In this document: piece by piece, positions 56,766-64,000 of the stretch
How the letters are laid out: the number at the start of each line of letters is the position of its first letter
Numbering within the stretch: the first letter of the stretch is position 1
NCBI GenBank assembly: GCA_934169745.1
Contig: CAKPOE010000001.1
Coordinates: forward strand, 200,856-264,855
Reading direction: 5' to 3'
Length of the DNA: 64,000 nt
Source of the DNA: an uncultured Clostridia bacterium
Lineage (GTDB): Bacteria > Bacillota > Clostridia > TANB77 > UBA1234
Translations under genes and position numbers: made by a program
Notes under the pieces: generated by a model
Databases searched by the model: none
Told to the model about the DNA's origin: nothing
Seen by the model: the letters and a program-made list of their open reading frames with translations, nothing else

Positions 56766-57527
56766 ATGATTAGAAGAAGACAAAGATTGAACTTTTTTCA
56801 AAAATATAAGAAATACATTTATATAGGTAGTGGAGCTATAGCGCTAGGAGTGTTTTCTTTTGCTACTACTATTTTTGTTTTAAGAGGAAGAAGTGCAAAA
56901 GTTCCTGAAGTAAATCCAAATGTTGTTAATGAATATGTGTATAAAACAAATGAGTCTTCTATAAGATTAAATCCTGAAGCAACAAAAAGAACAGAGAATA
57001 CGGATGTTAAGATTGCTGAAGCTGAAAATAAAAATGTAGAAAAAGAAAAAACAAATCAGACCAAAACGGAAAATAAAACTAAGCCTACTCCTGTCGTTGA
57101 AGTAGCAGCAAAACCAGTAAAGAAAGAATTAAATTTTATAAAGCCACTAGAGGGAGAAATTATTCAAGAATTTGCAAAAGATAAACTTGTGTATTCTAAA
57201 ACATTGGAGGAATGGACAACTCATAGCGGAATTGATATAAGAGGAGACGAGGCAGCTCCTGTAAAAGCAAGTGAATCGGGAAAAGTAAAAGACAAAAAGG
57301 TAGATCCAAGGTATGGCAATACTATAATAATAGAGCATGATGATGGATACAAAACTATTTATAGTAATTTATCAACACTAGAATTAGTGCAAGTAAATCA
57401 AGAAGTAAAGCAAGGAGAGATAATTTCTGGAGTTGGAGCAGGTTATGGCTTTGAAAGTGAGGATGGACCACACATTCATTTTGAAATACAAAAAGGCGGA
57501 AAACCAGTAGATTTTAATAGTTTGTAA
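56766..57527 (+). CDS. M23/LytM-domain membrane protein (SpoIIQ-like)
   Basis: N-terminal TM, low-complexity linker, intact LytM motifs HSGIDIR and HIHFEI. Position after spoIID matches clostridial spoIIQ. Terminator at 57540-57577. Confidence 0.6.
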   Translation: MIRRRQRLNFFQKYKKYIYIGSGAIALGVFSFATTIFVLRGRSAKVPEVNPNVVNEYVYKTNESSIRLNPEATKRTENTDVKIAEAENKNVEKEKTNQTKTENKTKPTPVVEVAAKPVKKELNFIKPLEGEIIQEFAKDKLVYSKTLEEWTTHSGIDIRGDEAAPVKASESGKVKDKKVDPRYGNTIIIEHDDGYKTIYSNLSTLELVQVNQEVKQGEIISGVGAGYGFESEDGPHIHFEIQKGGKPVDFNSL

Positions 57528-57617
57528 AATTTAAATAAGTAAGGGTCGCCAAGATTAAAGTGGCGACCCTTACAAGATAATATTAAAATGAATTCTTGAT
57601 ATTTAGCTTAAAAAATA

Positions 57618-59000
57618 TTAGAAATCACAGTTTCCAGGTGTTCTTGGGAATGGTATTACATCTCTAATGTTTTCTACACCAGTTAAGTATATTAGCAATC
57701 TTTCAAATCCCATGCCAAATCCCGAATGTACACAGCTTCCATATTTTCTTAAATTTAGATACCAGTCCAATTCTTCTGTATGCATTCCTAATTCGTGCAT
57801 ACGACTTAACAACTTATCATAATTTTCTTCTCTTTGGCTTCCGCCCATAAGTTCACCAGCACCCGGAACCTCTAAGTCAACAGCGGCAACTGTTTTACCA
57901 TCTGGATTTTGTTTCATATAAAATGCCTTTATATCCTTTGGCCATGTTGTGATAAATACAGGTCCACCAAAGTGTTCTGTAATATATTTTTCATGTTCTT
58001 TGGCGATATCTTCACCATATTCGGGTTTGAATTCCCAATCAACTTTTGCTTCTTTAAGAATTGTTATAACGTCTTCATGAGATATGCGAGTGAACTTGCT
58101 GTCAAGAAGTTTTTGAAGTTTTTCTATCAATCCAGGGGCAACGAACTTATTTAAAAATTCCATTTCTTCTGGGCATTTTTCCAAGACATCTTTTACAATA
58201 TATTTAAGCATATCTTCTTCGATATCCATTAATTCATCTAAATCGCAAAAGGCAATTTCAGGCTCAATCATCCAAAATTCAGATGCATGAGTTTTTGTGT
58301 TTGAGTTTTCGGCTCTAAATGAAGGACCAAAAGTGTAGACTTTTCCATATGCTAATGCGTATGCTTCAGCTTCTAGTTGTCCAGTTACTGTAAGACCAAC
58401 ATGTTTCCCAAAGAAGTCTCTGTCATAGTCCACTTTTCCGCTTTGTGCCACTTTATCTAAGTCAAGAGTGGTAACTTGGAACATTTCACCGGCACCCTCA
58501 CCATCATTAGCGGTAATTAGTGGTGCATGGAAATATATGTATCCTTTTGATTGAAAATAGTTGTGTATAGCTATTGCTGCAACACTTCTAATTCTAAAAA
58601 CAGCATTAAATAAATTTGTTCTAGGCCTTAAATAAGCTTGTTCTCTTAGAAACTCTACAGTATGTCCTTTCTTTTGTAGAGGATAATCATTTGGTGATAA
58701 ACATTCAATTGTTATATTTGTAGCTTTTATTTCAAAAGGTTGTTTTGCTTCTGGTGTGGCTAAAACTGTACCAGTAACCTTAACTGAAGAGCTTATTGAC
58801 AATTTTGTTATATCTTCAAAGTTTGATAATGTATTATCAAACACGATTTGAGCATTCTTGAAAAAGCTTCCGTCATTTAATTCGATAAACCCGAAAGTTT
58901 TAGAGTCTCTCATTGTTCTAACCCAACCTGCAAGGTTAACTTCTTTTTTGTCATAATCATTAATGTTTTTAAATAATTCACGAATAGTAGTTTTTTGCAT
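57618..59000 (-). CDS. asnS: asparagine--tRNA ligase
   Basis: 460 aa from [12 protein letters not shown]...; class IIb motifs ([19 protein letters not shown]). The ORF-track start at 59042 lacks an RBS. Confidence 0.93.
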   Translation of the reverse strand: MQKTTIRELFKNINDYDKKEVNLAGWVRTMRDSKTFGFIELNDGSFFKNAQIVFDNTLSNFEDITKLSISSSVKVTGTVLATPEAKQPFEIKATNITIECLSPNDYPLQKKGHTVEFLREQAYLRPRTNLFNAVFRIRSVAAIAIHNYFQSKGYIYFHAPLITANDGEGAGEMFQVTTLDLDKVAQSGKVDYDRDFFGKHVGLTVTGQLEAEAYALAYGKVYTFGPSFRAENSNTKTHASEFWMIEPEIAFCDLDELMDIEEDMLKYIVKDVLEKCPEEMEFLNKFVAPGLIEKLQKLLDSKFTRISHEDVITILKEAKVDWEFKPEYGEDIAKEHEKYITEHFGGPVFITTWPKDIKAFYMKQNPDGKTVAAVDLEVPGAGELMGGSQREENYDKLLSRMHELGMHTEELDWYLNLRKYGSCVHSGFGMGFERLLIYLTGVENIRDVIPFPRTPGNCDF

Positions 59001-59126
59001 AATATGCACCTCCCAAACAAATATGCAAGTATTATACTGCAATATTAGCTAGAATTCAATAGTTTACTTGATTTTAACCTAAATTTGGTGTATAATCGAT
59101 ACAGTTTTTGAGGGGAGGAATAACCA

Positions 59127-59414
59127 ATGAATATAACAACTGACGATATTAAACATATTGCTACATTAAGTATGTTAAATATTTCGGATTCTGAGATAGA
59201 AGAATATACAAAAAATATGCAAGAAATTGTTGAATTTGCAACACAAATAAATGAGGTAAATACAGATGAGACAAGTGCTCAAGAGTTTATTTCTAGTAAA
59301 GTTAATGTCTTTAGAAAAGATGAAGTAAAAGAATCTTTTGATAGGGATCTATTACTTAAAAATGCGCCAAGTAGTAATGGTGAAGCATATTCTTTGCCTA
59401 GTATGATGGAATAG
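59127..59414 (+). CDS. gatC: Asp/Glu-tRNA(Asn/Gln) amidotransferase subunit C
   Basis: 95 aa; promoter TTGATT-17-TATAAT at 59070-59098. Confidence 0.9.
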   Translation: MNITTDDIKHIATLSMLNISDSEIEEYTKNMQEIVEFATQINEVNTDETSAQEFISSKVNVFRKDEVKESFDRDLLLKNAPSSNGEAYSLPSMME

Positions 59415-59426
59415 GAGGCTTTTGGA

Positions 59427-60878
59427 ATGGATAATATTTGTGAAATGACAGCTCATGAAATAAGAGAAAAATATGAAAATAAAGAATTAAAAGTTATAGA
59501 TGTTGTAAAAGCTTTTTTGGAAGAAATAAGAAAAGATGATGAAAAAATAGGTGCATATATTACACTTTGCGAAGAAGAAGCTTTAAAAGAAGCTGAGAAT
59601 GTACAAGCTATGTATGATAATGGGGAAAAGATGGGGCCTTTAGCAGGAATACCAATAGCGGTAAAGGACAATATTTGTACTAATGGCGTAAAGACGACGT
59701 GTGCTTCTAAAATGTTAGAAAATTTTGTTTCACCTTATGATGCAACTGTTATAACAAAATTAAAAAGAGAGCATGCAATAATACTTGGAAAATTGAATAT
59801 GGATGAATTCGCAATGGGTGGCTCTACAGAGAATTCGGCATTTTTCAAGACTAAAAACCCATGCAATTTAAACAAAGTACCAGGTGGTTCTTCTGGTGGT
59901 AGTGCAGCTAGTGTTAAAGCTGGTTTAGCACCAATATCACTAGGCAGTGACACTGGTGGTTCTATAAGACAGCCAGCTTCATACTGCGGAGTTGTTGGCT
60001 TAAAACCTACATATGGTTTAGTTTCAAGGTATGGTTTGGTTGCATTTGCATCATCACTTGATCAAATCGGGCCGATGAGTAAAGATGTTAGAGATAATGC
60101 TGTTTTGTTGAGTGTAATTTCTGGGCACGATGAAATGGATTCAACATCTAGTGATGTTGAAGCAAAGGACTATACTACAGCCTTAATAAATGATGTAAAG
60201 GGCTTGAAAGTTGGCGTGCCAAAAGAATATTTTGCAGAAGGAATAAATAAAGAAGTAAAACAAAGCGTGCAAGAAGCGATAGAAAAGTATAAAGAACTTG
60301 GAGCTATTGTTGAAGAAATTTCTTTACCAATTACTAAGTATGCGCTTCCAACGTACTATATACTTGCATGTGCTGAAGCAAGTTCAAATTTGGGAAGATT
60401 TGACGGAATAAGATATGGCTATCGCACGAAAAACTATAGCAATTTAAAAGATATATATCGTAATAGTCGTACAGAAGGTTTTGGAAAAGAAGTAAAAAGA
60501 AGAATAATGTTGGGTACTTATGTGCTTTCTGCTGGCTATTATGATGCATATTACAAAAAAGCTTTAAAAGTTAGGAGCCTAATTAAAAAGAGCTTTGATG
60601 AAGCGTTTGAAAAATATGATGTTATAATTACTCCGACTGCTCCAACAGTTGCATTTGATATTGGTTCAAAAATAAGTGATCCTCTAGAAATGTACTTAAT
60701 GGACTTATACACTGTGCCGATAAACATTGCTGGTGTACCTGCAATTTCAATTCCATGTGGAAAAGATAGTGAAGGAATGCCTATTGGAATGCAGATAATT
60801 GCAAAACATTTCAACGAAGAAATGTTATATAGATTTGCATACACATATGAACAAAATTCAAAGCAGGATACAAAATAG
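59427..60878 (+). CDS. gatA: Asp/Glu-tRNA(Asn/Gln) amidotransferase subunit A
   Basis: 483 aa amidase signature (GGSSGGSAA). Confidence 0.93.
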   Translation: MDNICEMTAHEIREKYENKELKVIDVVKAFLEEIRKDDEKIGAYITLCEEEALKEAENVQAMYDNGEKMGPLAGIPIAVKDNICTNGVKTTCASKMLENFVSPYDATVITKLKREHAIILGKLNMDEFAMGGSTENSAFFKTKNPCNLNKVPGGSSGGSAASVKAGLAPISLGSDTGGSIRQPASYCGVVGLKPTYGLVSRYGLVAFASSLDQIGPMSKDVRDNAVLLSVISGHDEMDSTSSDVEAKDYTTALINDVKGLKVGVPKEYFAEGINKEVKQSVQEAIEKYKELGAIVEEISLPITKYALPTYYILACAEASSNLGRFDGIRYGYRTKNYSNLKDIYRNSRTEGFGKEVKRRIMLGTYVLSAGYYDAYYKKALKVRSLIKKSFDEAFEKYDVIITPTAPTVAFDIGSKISDPLEMYLMDLYTVPINIAGVPAISIPCGKDSEGMPIGMQIIAKHFNEEMLYRFAYTYEQNSKQDTK

Positions 60879-60893
60879 AAAGGGGTCTTATAC

Positions 60894-62324
60894 ATGGAAT
60901 ATGAGGTTGTCATAGGAATAGAGGTTCATGCGGAACTTTCTACTAAAACCAAAATATATTGTGGCTGTTCAACAGAATTTGGCGGAAGCCCAAACACACA
61001 TTGTTGTCCAGTATGCACAGGTATGCCTGGCGCAATACCTGTACTTAATGAAAAGGTTGTCGAGTATGCTGTAAAAGCAGGATTGGCAATGAATTGTGAC
61101 ATAGCACATTATAGCAAACAAGATAGAAAAAATTATTTTTATCCTGATACACCAAGAGCATACCAAATATCACAATATGATTTGCCTTTATGTGAGCATG
61201 GAAATGTTGATATTAAATTAGAAAACTATAACAAAAATATAGGAATTACAAGAATACATATTGAAGATGATGCAGGAAAATTGGTTCATGACCCATACAC
61301 TGGCGGAACTTTGGTTGATTTAAATAGAGCTGGAGTTCCACTAATAGAAATTGTTTCTGAACCAGATATTCGTTCGAGTGCAGAGGCTGTAGCGTATGTT
61401 GAAAAGTTGAAAGGAATTCTTGAGTATATAGGAGTATCTGACTGCAAATTGCAAGAAGGTTCTTTAAGAGCAGATGTTAACTTATCATTAAGACCAGTAG
61501 GGCAAGAAAAGTTTGGAACAAGGACGGAAACAAAGAACTTGAATTCATTTAGAGCAATATCAAGAGCAATTGAATTTGAAATTGAAAGACAAAAAGAGGT
61601 GCTAGAAGCTGGCGAAAAAGTTATTCAAGAGACAAGAAGATGGGACGATGAAAAAGGTGAAGGCTTTGCAATGCGTTCAAAAGAAGAAGCACAAGATTAT
61701 AGATATTTCCCTGAACCAGACCTAATGCCAATTAGTTTATCAGATGAATATATTGAAAATATAAGAAATACGTTGCCAGAGCTTCCAGAAAGCAGGAGAG
61801 CAAGGTATATAAACGAGTTAGGACTACCAGAATATGATGCTGGAATTATAACTTCATCTAAAGCACTTTCTGACTTTTTTGAAAAGGCTGGTAAAGAATG
61901 TGGTAACTATAAGGCTGTAAGTAACTGGATTATGAGCGATATAATAAGGGCTTCAAGAGAATATGAATTTGAGTATGATAGTATGCCTTTTACACCTGAA
62001 ATGTTTGCTAATCTTATTAAATTAATTGATAAAGGAACAATTAGCGGTTCTATAGCTAAAAAGGTTTTTGAAGAAATGATACAATCAAGAAAGGAACCAC
62101 AAGAAATTGTAGAAGAAAAGGGATTAATGCAAGTTTCAGATGAGTCGGCGATAAAGGAAGTTGTTGATAAAATAATTTCTGCAAATCCGCAATCGATTGC
62201 TGACTACAAAGCAGGTAAAGATAGAGCTTTAGGATTTTTAGTTGGTCAATGTATGAAAGAAATGAAAGGAAAAGGAAATCCACAAATATTAAACAAATTA
62301 ATTTTAGAAGAGTTGAATAAGTAA
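60894..62324 (+). CDS. gatB: Asp/Glu-tRNA(Asn/Gln) amidotransferase subunit B
   Basis: 476 aa, GatB N-terminal and YqeY-like C-terminal domains. Confidence 0.93.
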   Translation: MEYEVVIGIEVHAELSTKTKIYCGCSTEFGGSPNTHCCPVCTGMPGAIPVLNEKVVEYAVKAGLAMNCDIAHYSKQDRKNYFYPDTPRAYQISQYDLPLCEHGNVDIKLENYNKNIGITRIHIEDDAGKLVHDPYTGGTLVDLNRAGVPLIEIVSEPDIRSSAEAVAYVEKLKGILEYIGVSDCKLQEGSLRADVNLSLRPVGQEKFGTRTETKNLNSFRAISRAIEFEIERQKEVLEAGEKVIQETRRWDDEKGEGFAMRSKEEAQDYRYFPEPDLMPISLSDEYIENIRNTLPELPESRRARYINELGLPEYDAGIITSSKALSDFFEKAGKECGNYKAVSNWIMSDIIRASREYEFEYDSMPFTPEMFANLIKLIDKGTISGSIAKKVFEEMIQSRKEPQEIVEEKGLMQVSDESAIKEVVDKIISANPQSIADYKAGKDRALGFLVGQCMKEMKGKGNPQILNKLILEELNK

Positions 62325-62453
62325 TATATGTATATCCGTAAGAAATGAGGTTCTTGCGGATATTTTAATGAGAATATGAGTAGGAAAAAGATTGAAAAAT
62401 ATGGAATAATATGATAAAATATATGTATAGTATAGTTGATAGGAGTGATATGT

Positions 62454-62900
62454 ATGGATAGTATGATTGACTCTCTTAGAAAGGCTCTAGAAATGGGCCT
62501 AGAAAAAACGGGCTATACAGCTCAAGAAAAAAGACGTATACTTGATAGATGGATAGAGGAGCTTAAGGATGCAAAGAACCTTGATGAGTTAGCAGATATA
62601 TATAGTAAATGTGCCAAAGGAATTGAAAAAAATGTGAATGATGATATGGAACTTGATGATGTAAGAGCAGTAGCTAAAGAATTAAATAATCTAAATGAAG
62701 AAATGAATGAACTCGATCAGAACGCAGCGAATAGGTTGAATGCAATAAAAACAGATGATCAGAGCGAGTTAAAAGAAGGATATATAGATGATAAGAGTCC
62801 ATTTAGTTTAGACGATTCTACCACATCAAAAGAGGAAGGCAAAGAAGTTAAAAAGAAGCACACAAAAGTAGAAAGATCACCTTTTGAAATGGATAGATAA
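62454..62900 (+). CDS. hypothetical acidic coiled-coil protein
   Basis: ~148 aa from MDSMIDSLRKAL (RBS GGAGTGA), no known motif. Terminator at 62911-62948. Confidence 0.4.
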   Translation: MDSMIDSLRKALEMGLEKTGYTAQEKRRILDRWIEELKDAKNLDELADIYSKCAKGIEKNVNDDMELDDVRAVAKELNNLNEEMNELDQNAANRLNAIKTDDQSELKEGYIDDKSPFSLDDSTTSKEEGKEVKKKHTKVERSPFEMDR

Positions 62901-62970
62901 TTTTTCTATTGCAAAATAATAAAAATACGGTATAATGTATATTGTACCGTATTTTTTAGGTATAAATTGT

Positions 62971-63046
<76 letters not shown>

Positions 63047-63301
63047 ATAACGAATCTGTTCGAACTTTTATAAAACAGATTGATACAAAAATCATTCAGA
63101 AATGGATGATTTTTTTGTTGCCAAAAATATCATCCAAAATAAAAATGGCTTTTTAGCCAAGTAGGGAAGGATGGCGTTTGTAATGAAGGTAATTAAGCAA
63201 GAAATTGTATTTGATGTATCAAGAAAAATTAAAACTACTGAAGAATTGCAGAAAACGAATAAGAGTAGAAATGATAAAATTAGATAGGAGGTCAAAATAT
63301 T

Positions 63302-63595
63302 GTGATAAATGAACAAACAAATAAAATGATTGATGTTATAAGAACTATGAGTGAAAAAGACAAGCTAAGACTAGCAATATGCTTAGCTGATAGCAGTATG
63401 TCAAGCATTAGCTATGACAAAAAAGAAATGCTAAAGATTGCAGATACTAGATTGCGAGAAATTGATGAAGAATATAGGACAACGATTGTAAATATGGCGA
63501 AGTATGGTACAATTCTTCTCACAATTGCTATGATAATAGAATTGCCATTAGAAGAACAAAATCAAATTGAAATGTATTTATGCAATAAAATGTAA
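63302..63595 (+). CDS. hypothetical small protein
   Basis: 97 aa, GTG start 9 nt after GGAGGT, no recognisable motif. Confidence 0.35.
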   Translation: MINEQTNKMIDVIRTMSEKDKLRLAICLADSSMSSISYDKKEMLKIADTRLREIDEEYRTTIVNMAKYGTILLTIAMIIELPLEEQNQIEMYLCNKM

Positions 63596-63599
63596 AAGA

Positions 63600-63633
63600 A
63601 AAACTCTCCACCTGTGCAGGCGGAGAGAAAAAC
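63600..63633. terminator. bidirectional terminator
   Basis: ctctccacc-tgtgc-aggcggagag flanked by A/T runs, between convergent genes. Confidence 0.55.
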
Positions 63634-64000
63634 TCAAGGTTTTATTTCTTTCCAGTTCCATCTAGAAGTTCTATTGACACTGTAACGTATAGTGCCGTTG
63701 TTCTCCAAAATGGTGATTGCCTTTTCTGGAAAGTAATACGCCCTATAGTCATAGTCCACAGCTTCCATACACGCCCCTAAAATGCGATCTGCTCCATAGT
63801 CGGTATTAAGTATTACCCGACCATTATGCTGAAATTCTTCCACTATTTTATTTTTCAGCATCTTTGCAAATCGTTTCTTTTCATCTAGAGTTGATTTTTT
63901 AGGAACAACGTACTCGCGGTTAACCGGAGACTTACCGTAAAATTCTGCATAATCCTCTTCACAGAATAGTAGTCCCATCCACCATGCTGCAATGTACCTA
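63634..64000 (-). CDS. hypothetical protein, 3' portion (open to window edge)
   Basis: The frame stays open upstream of the annotated Met to the window end; no motif recognised. Confidence 0.35.
   Translation of the reverse strand, partial: RYIAAWWMGLLFCEEDYAEFYGKSPVNREYVVPKKSTLDEKKRFAKMLKNKIVEEFQHNGRVILNTDYGADRILGACMEAVDYDYRAYYFPEKAITILENNGTIRYSVNRTSRWNWKEIKP

Noticed and set aside
63183-63287. 34-codon ORF (MKVIKQEIVFDVSRK...) between tRNA-Thr and the 63302 gene
   Set aside because: It has a weak RBS and no supporting features. It may be real but is unsupported.

Overview
This window is an AT-rich (~30% GC) chromosomal segment from a low-GC, spore-forming Firmicute that looks Clostridium-like. 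Most of it is conserved housekeeping and sporulation genes in recognisable blocks.

- **Left end to sleB:** mutL (3' end), miaA, sepF, divIVA, a lipoprotein cyclophilin, ruvA, rarA, a split TauE pair and sleB.
- **Sporulation genes:** spoIIIAA–AH; spoIIAA–spoIIAB–sigF; yabP–yabQ–divIC; spoIID with an M23/SpoIIQ-like gene.
- **Translation and envelope genes:** rpsB–tsf, pyrH–frr–uppS–cdsA–rseP, prfB, tRNA-Trp, rho, efp, a glmS–LbH–glmM operon on the minus strand, mfd, a PrsA-like PPIase, lspA, rluD, glgA, rluB, T-box–valS, rpsI–rplM, infC–rpmI–rplT, asnS, gatCAB and tRNA-Thr.

Four things stand out:

- **A ~5.5 kb accessory island at 40.7–46.2 kb, between rluB and the valS T-box.** It encodes a radical-SAM/SPASM-like protein, a large protein with a type-I phosphoribosyltransferase (PRTase) domain, a NADAR/YbiA-like N-glycosidase, a possible NDK-like protein and two convergent paralogous PHP phosphoesterases. 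Two divergent promoters carry an identical 40-nt sequence, and a perfect consensus sigma-A promoter drives the plus-strand operon. I read this as a candidate co-regulated nucleotide/ADP-ribose-processing system, possibly defence- or modification-related, and cannot match it to a described system.
- **A ~0.5 kb GC-rich structured non-coding region at 7.27–7.8 kb**, just upstream of a small 4-TM membrane protein. It is best explained as OLE RNA plus oapA.
- **A ~0.9 kb GC-rich foreign-looking island at 14.1–15.0 kb**, with an orphan ORF, a tandem 37-nt repeat and long perfect GC hairpins.
- **Three frameshift-disrupted genes**: spoIIIAA and spoIIIAG, each +1 in a short A-run, and glmS. These are either real pseudogenisation or assembly errors.
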